The notes under the pieces were generated by a model. It was not told the origin of the DNA. It ran no database searches and saw only the letters and a list, made by a program, of their open reading frames with translations. Position numbers and translations under genes: made by a program. 64,000 nucleotides of DNA from Verrucomicrobiota bacterium (GTDB lineage Bacteria > Verrucomicrobiota > Verrucomicrobiia > Limisphaerales > SXQI01): assembly GCA_033762115.1 (NCBI GenBank), contig JANRLX010000067.1:1-64000 (forward strand). Reading direction: 5' to 3'. This document shows positions 20,184-29,701 of the stretch, one piece after another (the stretch's first letter is position 1; each line of letters starts with the position of its first letter).

Positions 20184-21156
20184 TTAAATTCAGTAAAGGG
20201 TCAAGCGGTGCATCTTTCGGACGTAAGCGAACCGAATCAAACTGAAGAGTGAACCGAAGCTTATTCTCATCCAGAAATGTCTGCAAACCTCTTCCCGTTG
20301 GCTGCCTGTTGCCTCCGGGAGGTGGCATGACCGTTGGTTGAGGGCCACCATAACGGTTTGGAAAGGCTGGTCCATAGCGATTTGCCTGAGGATTGAGCAT
20401 AGCAGCAATCGCAGCTGACGGGGCTGAAGGGGGAGCGGGGGCCTTATCCACCCCCACATTCTTTACAATAAAACATTGCTTACTGTTGCAAAAGCCTTCC
20501 ATGACACGGGCCAATTCAGAACTAAATCCCTGAAACGTCACTTCGTACGGAGTGACGATGGCGTAATTGTTTGTGACGGCTTTGCGTTCTGTAATGAATT
20601 CGCCACCCACATCTTCGGGGGCCACAGGCACGCGACGCAGTTTAATTAACGCATGAATTTTGGCATCGTACAAAATTCTCATGATGGTCCGAATATCACC
20701 CAACTGCGCAGCCAACCCTTGTAATTCCTTGAATTCGACTGCGGTTTTTTGAGCGCCAAATGTAAACCAATAGTCGGGCTCAGGTAAGCTGATACCCATC
20801 AGCTCCGCTTCACGCCGCATTTCGGTGACCGAACGATCCAGCAAAGCGCGAAATTCCTTTTGAGTAATATTTGTGGGAATTTCCGGGCCCTCGAGGTGTT
20901 TTCGGAGTTCGTCTCGAAACTTCTCAAGCTTCTTATGTTCTTCGGAAGCAAGTTCAACGTTGTTGACCCGATCTGTCCCTGGGTGAATCGGACGATTCAG
21001 GAGTTCCTGAAATGAAGCTGTCTGGGCATCCAACTCACCCGTGACAATTTCATCTTCCTTGATTTTTCCGTAAAGGAAGTAACCCGCAAAGCCGAGGAGA
21101 CCCAGAGCGACAACGCCGGTAATTACGAGACCTAAATTCCGTTTCAGCCAGACCAT
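20170..21156 (-). CDS. Amuc_1100-like (PilO-like) assembly protein
   Basis: N-terminal TM, coiled coil, PYEVTFQGFSSELARVM...FIVKNV PilO/GspM-like core; position between the PilM-PilN fusion and the Amuc_1099-like gene. Confidence 0.7.
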   Translation of the reverse strand: MVWLKRNLGLVITGVVALGLLGFAGYFLYGKIKEDEIVTGELDAQTASFQELLNRPIHPGTDRVNNVELASEEHKKLEKFRDELRKHLEGPEIPTNITQKEFRALLDRSVTEMRREAELMGISLPEPDYWFTFGAQKTAVEFKELQGLAAQLGDIRTIMRILYDAKIHALIKLRRVPVAPEDVGGEFITERKAVTNNYAIVTPYEVTFQGFSSELARVMEGFCNSKQCFIVKNVGVDKAPAPPSAPSAAIAAMLNPQANRYGPAFPNRYGGPQPTVMPPPGGNRQPTGRGLQTFLDENKLRFTLQFDSVRLRPKDAPLDPLLNLNAVP

Positions 21157-21162
21157 ATCCAG

Positions 21163-23034
21163 TTATAGCTTCATGGGAGACTTCAGTTTGAGCGTCATGC
21201 CAAACGTAAACGTCTCAGCAGAACTATCAACCTGTTCCAAATCACCAGAAAGTTTCGTGCCATCTGAATCAAATAATGTGCTCTCCTTGAATTCCTCCTG
21301 AACTAAAAAAGCGAGATTTCCATTCGCGGAACTGTCTCCACCCTTATTCAGGTTCACCGCACGAAGCTTCATGTTAATCGTGACCAGATTGGTATTCGCC
21401 GGGCCTTTAGGTTTCACTGGGGCCGCGGCCGATTCTCCTGTAGTGCCACCCGAGCTTCCACCGGGTATCAAGCCGTATCGTTTCGCCAACTCTGGATTTT
21501 GCAGCATGTACATCAAGGCCTGTGCTGAGAAAGTTGGGCCTGAAGAAACCTGTTCCTCTTCAGTGGGGATATCATCTTGGGCAACGGTACCAAATGTCTC
21601 AACCCATACTCCGACTTCACGGCCAGGCCCTGTGGCTTTATTTTCCACATTCACGAGCAGCTTACGCATTTCAGCCAATGCTTCGGCCCAAAAGAACCGA
21701 TCGTTCAGGTATTGTGCCAGTTGATCCACTTCAGCCTGGGTCTGATTTATTTTTCCTTGCTGGGCGTCCAATTGTTCCGCTTTTTGCTGCAACGGCTGGA
21801 GCTTCTCGGAAAGAGACGCAAGAGAGGCTTGTTTAACGGCGATTACTTTTCCATAAAACCAACCGTAGGCGAATACAACCAGAATCAAGCTGGCTATTGC
21901 AGCAATAAAATAAGGCTTTTTCTGGTCAAAAGCCTGTTTTTGACGAATGCTTTTCGGGACGAGGTTTAACTCCACCGGACATTGCGCCATGTTGCGCAAT
22001 CCCAAACCGACCACTTCACCGAAACCGTGTGCCACTTTGGCCAGTTCTTCGATATCAATAGAAGGATCCAATTGAACGTTTCGGAAGGGATTAAAATATT
22101 CCACTTCAACATTCAATTTCTCCTGGAAAAATTGCTGAGTGTAAGCCATGACCGACCCGCCACCAGCGAGGAAAACCCGTTGCGGGACAGAGCCACCCTG
22201 CTGCTTGAAATATTGGATGGTTTGATTGACCTGGATGTGAAGCCGGGTCAACACCTGCCGGGCGATTTTGGAAATGGCTGCCTGGTGTGGGTTTTCCGGC
22301 TCTTCGTAAGCACCGCCCAAACTGACAAAGCCCTCATTTATCTTGAGTTCCTCAGCCTTTGCCCAAGCCATTTTGGCTTCCGCGACAAAGTCCTGGGTAA
22401 TTGCGTTTGCCCCGATGTTGATGCTGCGCGCGTAAACTTTTCCCTTTTCAAAAAAGAGGATATTGCTGGTTTTTGCCCCGATATCCAGGAGCATCGCACA
22501 ACCTTCCAAATCCCCGTAATTGAACCGGAAAGAATTGCATAACGCAGCAGGAGAAGCATCCACTAGTTGAACTCGCAAGCCAGCAGCGTCTGCAGTGCGG
22601 AACAAGCTCTCTACCACGTCCGATTTGATGGCCACAAGCAGAACTTCAAGTTCACCACTGGAGGTGCTGCCCATGATCTGGTAATCCCAAACGACCTCTT
22701 CCAATGGAAAAGGCACGTTTTGCTGCGCCTCATATTGAATGATCTGGGTAACTTTTGAAGTATCGACTGGAGGAAGCTTTACGAATTTGGAAAAAACATG
22801 AAATCCAGGGGCGCAGATATTGATCTGCTTTCCTTTAAATCCCCTTGTGGAGAGCAGTTCCTGGATGGCTTTCAGCAAGGCTGCTTCACGTTTGGATTCC
22901 TGAGATCCCTCAATTCCCAGGGATTTGATGCCGTATTGGCGGAGTACAAGCGCCGCTTCGGTTGCTTCGAATTCGGCAACTTTTACACTCCCGGCCCCTA
23001 AATCGAGGCACAAAAATGATTTGTTACTTAACAT
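21163..23034 (-). CDS. pilM: PilM-PilN fusion protein (Amuc_1101-like)
   Basis: LDLGAGSVKVAE, EAQQNVPFPLEEVVWDYQ, LLDIGAKTS, VFLAGGGS, NPF, GLGLR (PilM); then ELNLVP (PilN INLLP-like), a TM helix, coiled coil and periplasmic domain. Confidence 0.85.
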   Translation of the reverse strand: MLSNKSFLCLDLGAGSVKVAEFEATEAALVLRQYGIKSLGIEGSQESKREAALLKAIQELLSTRGFKGKQINICAPGFHVFSKFVKLPPVDTSKVTQIIQYEAQQNVPFPLEEVVWDYQIMGSTSSGELEVLLVAIKSDVVESLFRTADAAGLRVQLVDASPAALCNSFRFNYGDLEGCAMLLDIGAKTSNILFFEKGKVYARSINIGANAITQDFVAEAKMAWAKAEELKINEGFVSLGGAYEEPENPHQAAISKIARQVLTRLHIQVNQTIQYFKQQGGSVPQRVFLAGGGSVMAYTQQFFQEKLNVEVEYFNPFRNVQLDPSIDIEELAKVAHGFGEVVGLGLRNMAQCPVELNLVPKSIRQKQAFDQKKPYFIAAIASLILVVFAYGWFYGKVIAVKQASLASLSEKLQPLQQKAEQLDAQQGKINQTQAEVDQLAQYLNDRFFWAEALAEMRKLLVNVENKATGPGREVGVWVETFGTVAQDDIPTEEEQVSSGPTFSAQALMYMLQNPELAKRYGLIPGGSSGGTTGESAAAPVKPKGPANTNLVTINMKLRAVNLNKGGDSSANGNLAFLVQEEFKESTLFDSDGTKLSGDLEQVDSSAETFTFGMTLKLKSPMKL

Positions 23035-23178
23035 TTACTTATTTGACCCTCTCAAGACGCAAAACGTTCTAGCTCGTGGTCCAAACCAGAGTTTTGAGTG
23101 CTGAGAAAGTCGCGGTGGTGGTTACTTGAAATACAGGGCACGGTCAAACACAAACTTCTGTTTCGGGCTTGGGATAAG

Positions 23179-24180
23179 CTACTGGACAACAGGTTTTTTA
23201 GCAACTTTCCCGCGGAAATATTCGATAGTTTTTTTCAAGCCCTCCTCAAGGGGAACTTTTGGTTCCCATTTCAACAATGCTTTGGCGCGGGAAATGTCTG
23301 GCCTGCGTTGTTTTGGATCATCCTGGGGCAAAGGCTTGAATACAATTTTGTTTTTTGCTCCGGTTGCAGCGCGAATGGCCTCGGCAAATTCTATCATGGT
23401 CATTTCGCGAGGGTTCCCAATGTTTACAGGCAATTGGGTGTCACTCATCATAAGGCGGTAAATTCCCTCAATCAGGTCAGAACAATAACAAAAGCTCCTG
23501 GTTTGGGTGCCTTTCCCAAAAACTGTCATCGGTTTGTTTTCAAGAGCCTGGCCAATGAATGCTGGCACCACCCGTCCATCATTCAGGCGCATGCGGGGGC
23601 CGTAAGTATTAAAAATTCGAACGATCCGGGTTTCCATCTGGTGCTCACGATGATAGGCCATGGCCAGTGCTTCAGCGAAGCGTTTTGATTCATCGTAACA
23701 GCCACGCGGTCCAATTGTATTTACGTTACCCCAGTACTCTTCAGTTTGAGGATGAATCAAAGGATCGCCGTAAATCTCCGAAGTTGACGCCAGGAGAAAG
23801 CGGGCTCCTTTGTTTCGAGCCAGGCCCAATGCCTTGTGGGTCCCGAGTGAACCTACTTTCAAGGTCTGGATCGGGAGTTCAAGATAATCGATGGGGCTTG
23901 CTGGCGAGGCCAAATGCCAGACATAATCCACTGGCGAATCCAGGAACAGAAATTCTGTAACATCTTGCTGGATAAAGCGGAAATTGGAGTTCCCGGCCAG
24001 ATGAGAAATGTTATCGATGGACCCGGTCACTAAATTATCGATCCCGATGACTCGGTGTCCCCGGGCCAAAAGGTAGTCTGTCAAATGGGACCCAAGAAAT
24101 CCTGCCGCTCCAGTGACCACTGAAATTGGCTGCTTATTTTTCGAACTCACCGCCCGCTTTCCCGATGAACGCTTCATCAT
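23179..24180 (-). CDS. uxs: UDP-glucuronate decarboxylase (UDP-xylose synthase) family SDR
   Basis: [70 protein letters not shown]. Confidence 0.9.
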   Translation of the reverse strand: MMKRSSGKRAVSSKNKQPISVVTGAAGFLGSHLTDYLLARGHRVIGIDNLVTGSIDNISHLAGNSNFRFIQQDVTEFLFLDSPVDYVWHLASPASPIDYLELPIQTLKVGSLGTHKALGLARNKGARFLLASTSEIYGDPLIHPQTEEYWGNVNTIGPRGCYDESKRFAEALAMAYHREHQMETRIVRIFNTYGPRMRLNDGRVVPAFIGQALENKPMTVFGKGTQTRSFCYCSDLIEGIYRLMMSDTQLPVNIGNPREMTMIEFAEAIRAATGAKNKIVFKPLPQDDPKQRRPDISRAKALLKWEPKVPLEEGLKKTIEYFRGKVAKKPVVQ

Positions 24181-24311
24181 GAAACCAGTTTTGAGAGAAA
24201 TCGTTCCCAAACAAAAGATAAATGTGCACTTGGCATCTTGAATGTCCGAAAGCTGCGTTATCCTGAAACTATCGCGTGACTTTCACGCGAGTTGCGCAAA
24301 ACTTTGGCTCC

Positions 24312-25274
24312 ATGGGTTCAGAACCGCTCGATATTCTGGTGACTGGAGCTTCGGGTGCGCTGGGAAAGCCAGTCATTGCGCGATTGGCGAACAGTCCCCG
24401 GAAATTGCGCTTTGCCACAGCGGGTCGTTCAATCGCTTCGCCACATCACGTCGACGTGGACTTGGTAGAGCCGATCAGATCCAATCTTCGACCTCAGACG
24501 ATAATTCACCTTGCGGGAGAAAAGAGGGATTTATCGAAGATGTGGGAGGTCAACCTGGGCGGAACAGAGAATCTGTTAAACTGGGGCCTTGCCGCAGGGA
24601 CTCAGCATTTCGTTTATGTCAGTAGTGTGGGGGTTTATGGTTCCGATAAGGAGCAGGAACAGGTCGTCACGCCCTCCACTCCGCACAATCCAAAGAATGA
24701 GTACGAAAAAAGCAAATCTGCGGCAGAAAAGCTGGTTCTGCAGTTTTGCGCAAAGAATCAGATCGGCTGCACTATTCTTCAACCAAGCACCGTTATTGCA
24801 TTATCCGATGACAGGCAACGGCCTTTGCTTAGTTTGATCCGGTCCATTCAAAGAGGCCATTTCTTCTTTTTGGGAAAAGGGGATGGCTGGTTTAACTACA
24901 TTGGAGCCGGAGATGTAGCCGCGGCGATTTGTGCAGCCGCAGATTTCCCTTCGGCGAATAAAACTTATATCCTGAATACTTCGATCAGGCTTTCCGAAGC
25001 TGTTGGCACGATAGCACAGTTCCTTGGAGTGCCCATTCCCAAAAAGAGGTTGCCGCACCTTTTTACAAGTTTACTCGCACAAGTTGCTGCCGGGATTGAG
25101 ATGGTTGCAGGACGACGCATGCCGTTTGATCGGAGACGGCTTGCTGAGTTGAATAACCAAGTGGTTTATGATGGGCAATTTATCGAACAAGATACAGGTT
25201 TCAACTACCCGGAAGGAATCAGGAAAACGTTGCAAAACCTGATCGCAACTTATCGGGGGGAGGGATTAGTCTAG
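24312..25274 (+). CDS. NAD-dependent epimerase/dehydratase (extended SDR)
   Basis: ILVTGASGALG, IIHLAG, SSVGVYG, YEKSK (YxxxK). Confidence 0.85.
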   Translation: MGSEPLDILVTGASGALGKPVIARLANSPRKLRFATAGRSIASPHHVDVDLVEPIRSNLRPQTIIHLAGEKRDLSKMWEVNLGGTENLLNWGLAAGTQHFVYVSSVGVYGSDKEQEQVVTPSTPHNPKNEYEKSKSAAEKLVLQFCAKNQIGCTILQPSTVIALSDDRQRPLLSLIRSIQRGHFFFLGKGDGWFNYIGAGDVAAAICAAADFPSANKTYILNTSIRLSEAVGTIAQFLGVPIPKKRLPHLFTSLLAQVAAGIEMVAGRRMPFDRRRLAELNNQVVYDGQFIEQDTGFNYPEGIRKTLQNLIATYRGEGLV

Positions 25275-25345
25275 ATAGCCAATCCTTGGCAAATTATAAA
25301 TGGATTGCGCCAGGGGTTTAATAAAGGCAGTATACCTGATACCTA

Positions 25346-27993
25346 ATGGTCCATCAGCAACAGCAGTTGCGGGTTCTGGTCGTTGACGATTCCGCCGACG
25401 ACGCCTTCATTTTACTTAATGAATTAAAACGGGGTGGGTTTGAAGTTGTGGGACATCGAACCAGTCGTTTGGCAGACGCTCTCAATCTCCTTGCGCAGCA
25501 ACCATATGATCTTGTGCTGACAGACTTTGATCTGCAGGGAGAGGTGGGGCTTGAGGTTATCAAAGGAATTCGGGAACGGTTCGCGGATATTCCAATCATC
25601 ATGCTGTCCGGCACTGTAAACGAGCAAACCGGGATTATCGCACTTGAGCAAGGGGCTCAGGATTATGTGGGAAAAGATCACCTGGAGCGGCTGGTGCCAG
25701 CCGTGGAACGAGAGTTAAAGGTACGCAAAAAAATCAAGCATCAGGAGGTGACATTGCTCCAAACCCAGGAGCGGTATATGCACATGGTGGAAAACTCCAG
25801 CGATCTTGTCGCAGAAATCGATGAGTCTGGAGTTATTCTGGCAGCCAGTCCGACCCACAAAACTTTGATCGGTTTTGATCCAGCCGATTTGGTTGGAAAA
25901 TCTGTTTTTGAACTAATCCACCCTGAAGATTTGGAATTGGTAAGAAAAGCGCTCCAGGAACGGGCGGCGCGGGTCACTTTCAGACTTATCTGTGCCGATA
26001 AGAGTTATCGATGGTTTGAATCTTCCAGGCAGCTTTTCCGAACCTCCTCGGGCGAGGAGCGGGCAGTGGTGATCTCGCGAGACATGACAGAAATGCGGCA
26101 GGCCCATGAACGACTTGCTACCAGCGAAGCCAAATTCAGGGCCATTTTTGAATCTGCCGCGCTTGGAATGATGGTGGTGGACAATCATGGAAGCATTTTA
26201 CAGGTGAATGGTGCAATTGAGAGGGTTTTGGGATACGGCGAAGAGGAACTGATCGGAAAATGCTTTCTCGATTTGTCTCTTTCTCCAGAAGAAGCCGGGG
26301 AGGACCAGCTTTTCCAGGAACTGACTCATGCCGGTTTTAGCAGCTATACCGTTGAGAAACGATATCGCCGTAAGGATGGAGCCATTATCTGGGTCAATCT
26401 TTCAGCCTCATTTTTCCAGGTCAGCCAGGATTCCCAACCTCAATTTATCCTGATGTTTGAGGACACCACCGAACGAAAACAGTATGCGCAACGTATCAGT
26501 GAGCAGGCTGAGTTGCTGGACCTTGCCCAGGATGCAATTATTGTGCGTGATTTAAATGATCGGATCAAGTTCTGGAATAAAGGGGCAGAAAGAGTCTACG
26601 GCTTTCGAAGTGATGAAGCCATTGGTCACCATTAGCTGAATTACTGCAGCCTGACATTTCAACTTATGGCAAGGCACATGAGGAACTTCGTCGCGCCGGT
26701 AGTTGGAATGGTGAGTTGGTTAATTTCAGCAAAGACCAGAAGCAACGAACGATTTCGACTTTATGGACGTTGGTCAAAGGTGAAAATGAGCAACCGACCC
26801 GGATTCTGACGATTGATACCGACATCACGGAACGCAAATTGTTGGAACAACAATTCCGTCATGCCCAGCGTCTTGAAAGCATCGGAACTCTTGCCAGTGG
26901 CATTGCCCATGACCTCAACAATGTGCTGGCCCCTATTCTAATGGGTGCGGAAGTGCTGAAAAGTGGCTGTGAACCGGCAGATGTCAATTTGCTGGTGGAT
27001 ACCATTCAAACCAGCGCGCAACGTGGAGCAGAAATCGTCAAGCAGGTATTAACTTTTGCGCGTGGAATTGAGGGGCAACGCATCCCTCTGCAAGCGAGGC
27101 ACCTGTTGCGAGAGGTCGCCAATATCGCGAGGCAAACATTTCCCAAAAGCATCCAAATCAAAATCAACGTGCCGCATGACCTATGGCAACTCATCGGGGA
27201 TGCCACGCAGTTACACCAGGTGCTGCTGAATCTTGCCGTCAATGCGCGCGATGCGATGCCGAAGGGCGGGGTCCTTAGTTTTCGCGCTGAGAATGTGACT
27301 GTGGATCAGACATTCGCGGAGATGACCGGCCTTTCGCAGGCGGGGAATTATGTCTTAATTGAAGTGGCAGATACGGGTACTGGAATTCCCCCTGAAATTC
27401 AGGACAAAATTTTTGATCCATTTTTTTCGACGAAACCAAAAAATCAGGGGACTGGTCTTGGACTCTCAACTGTGCTTGGCATCGTAAAAAGTCATGGGGG
27501 GTCGATTCGCATGCAAACCCAGGTAGGTGTTGGCAGCGCTTTTACTCTGCACCTTCCATCCAGCCAGGTGGTGGAAACTGTTCCAGCATCCGGGGCGAAC
27601 GAAATTCCGCAGGGAAATGGGGAACTGATTCTTTTGGTGGACGATGAAATCAATGTTCGCGAGGTGACCAGCCAGGTGCTTGCCCGGCATCATTATCGAG
27701 TGCTGCTTGCCTCGGACGGGCCAGAGGCCATTGTCACCCTGGCCCAGCAAATGGACACCATTGACCTGGTCATCACGGATATTCATATGCCATTCATGGA
27801 TGGATTGGCTTTTATCAGGGCAGCTCGCAGGATAAAGCCGCAGATCAAGGTCATTGCATGTAGCGGGTTGCCGCACGATATTCCCTCAAAGCAACTCGAG
27901 GAGTTGGGAGTGCGTGCTTTCATTCAGAAGCCGTTTAATACTGACCAGCTTCTCCATGCAGTGCACAAGGAGTTAAAGACAAACTCAAGTTAG
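25346..27993 (+). pseudogene. Hybrid sensor kinase REC-PAS-PAS-PAS-HisKA-HATPase-REC, frameshifted near 26630 (pseudogene or sequencing error)
   Basis: The first ORF stops inside a PAS domain (EAIGHH*). The other frame from 26632 reads LAELLQPD...GSWNGELVN straight into the ORF 26716-27993 (GIAHDLNN, QVLLNLAVNARDAM, GTGLGL, C-terminal REC). Confidence 0.85.
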
Positions 27994-28003
27994 GAGGAGG
28001 AGT

Positions 28004-28363
28004 ATGAGTTTTACAAAAGCGTTCCAGGGATTTGTCAGCAGCGCCAAGGATGCTGGAACCAATGCAATGGCAGGAAGGATGATTCGCCGTTACATTGAAA
28101 AATATGGGGAGTTGCAGGCGTTTGAAATCAACTCAGCCCAAAAATGGATTGACGTGGAGCTTCTTCTGAAAGGGGAGAGTGGTCCCGTTCGAGTCACAAT
28201 TGAAAATTACGAACTGGCCAGAAAGGGGGAAAAATTGTTTCTCCGTCTCAATCGCTTAAAAGCGTCCAGAGAATGGTTGCATCTGGTTCTTCAGGATTAT
28301 GGAGCAGGCAGGGAGATTGAAATTCCCGCCCAATACTCCTCCGCGATAGAAATGGCTTTGTAG
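28004..28363 (+). CDS. Hypothetical protein, 119 aa
   Basis: Strong SD (GGAGGAGGAG) just before the ATG; fills the gap after the kinase. Confidence 0.7.
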   Translation: MSFTKAFQGFVSSAKDAGTNAMAGRMIRRYIEKYGELQAFEINSAQKWIDVELLLKGESGPVRVTIENYELARKGEKLFLRLNRLKASREWLHLVLQDYGAGREIEIPAQYSSAIEMAL

Positions 28364-28367
28364 GTTT

Positions 28368-29696
28368 CTATCCAACGATTTGATAGGGCTCGAATTTTCC
28401 ATTGAGAATCGGGTCGCTTTTTGCAGAGAGCCATTGCTCAAGGATACCAGCGTAAACAGATCGGAAGTCCACGTTGAATTTCAGGTCGCCATTGTGCAAA
28501 TTCTTCGTTACCAGACTGGGAAACTTCCCGTTAATGCCTGCCTTTACCTTGTTGCCGAATAAAAACAGGGGGGCCGCCGCCCCATGGTCGGTTCCCTTGT
28601 TTGCATTTTGCGCCACCCGTCGCCCAAATTCACTGAAGGTCATGAGAAGAACACGGTCCCCGTTTTTTTGTAATTTGATCTCTGACATGAAAGCATTTAC
28701 AGCCCCTGCCAAATCTTTCAGCAATCGTTCATGAGAAAGCGCCTGATTTGTATGTGTGTCGTATCCCCCGTGAGAAACATAAAAGACACGGGTTGAAATT
28801 CCGCCGCCAATCAGCCTGGCTACCAGTTTAAGAGAATTAGCCAGTTGCGAGGGAGGATAGGTCACTTCATTTTTGCTGGAACGGGAAATTTTCAGAATCA
28901 GTTCCGAACTGATCTGGGCATCCAGAGCTACGCGTTCCAGATAATCAAGAGATCTGCTTTCAGGAGGGGTTTCCCCACTTAATGAACTGATGGATGAACC
29001 GGAGTTAAGTTCATCACCGTTCTCATCCATTTCATTCATTTTTTCAAACATGGAATCTTTGCCCTCCATCTCCCCTTCTCCTCTCGAACCAGAGTTGCTG
29101 ATCCTGTATTTTTCCGGGTTTTCCAGGCTGATCCCAACCGGTTTACCGCTGGCGAATGCTTGGGGCATTTGTTTTCCAATGTTAATGCCGACCGTGGGGT
29201 CAGCTCCCTTGCAGGCATTATCGAAATAGCGGCCAAGCCATCCGTGACGTTCATACTTGTTTGAATCGCTTGCTGTTTGCCAAATCTCAGTTGAGCGGAA
29301 ATGGGAGCGATTCGGGTTTGGGTAACCGACTCCATGGATAATTCCCATCTGCCCTGCGTCGTATAATTCCTTGAATCCGCTCATTGCTGGATGGAGCCCA
29401 AACTCATCATTCAATTTAAGCACTTTGCCTTGTGGAATCGCAATGGAAGGCCGGGCTTTATAGTATAGATCGTTGTTAAAAGGAACGATTGTATTCAACC
29501 CATCATTACCTCCGGCAAGCTGCAGAACAACAAGGATCGGTGAATCCTTGCCAGTTGAAGGTTGTGTTTTGTTTGCTGCTTCTGTCGCAAGAGAATTGAA
29601 GGTCCTTGCGAGAAATGAAGGAACAGTCCAACCAAGCGCACCACCCAAAACGCCGGTTTTCAAAAATTGCCTGCGAGTTTTAAAAGTAGGTTCCAT
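28368..29696 (-). CDS. DUF1501 family protein with Tat signal
   Basis: TRRQFLK; LVVLQLAGGNDGLNT; HGVGYPNPNRSHFRS; GGYDTH; FSEFGRR; GTDHG; DFRSVY. Confidence 0.9.
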   Translation of the reverse strand: MEPTFKTRRQFLKTGVLGGALGWTVPSFLARTFNSLATEAANKTQPSTGKDSPILVVLQLAGGNDGLNTIVPFNNDLYYKARPSIAIPQGKVLKLNDEFGLHPAMSGFKELYDAGQMGIIHGVGYPNPNRSHFRSTEIWQTASDSNKYERHGWLGRYFDNACKGADPTVGINIGKQMPQAFASGKPVGISLENPEKYRISNSGSRGEGEMEGKDSMFEKMNEMDENGDELNSGSSISSLSGETPPESRSLDYLERVALDAQISSELILKISRSSKNEVTYPPSQLANSLKLVARLIGGGISTRVFYVSHGGYDTHTNQALSHERLLKDLAGAVNAFMSEIKLQKNGDRVLLMTFSEFGRRVAQNANKGTDHGAAAPLFLFGNKVKAGINGKFPSLVTKNLHNGDLKFNVDFRSVYAGILEQWLSAKSDPILNGKFEPYQIVG

Positions 29697-29701
29697 ACAA
29701 C

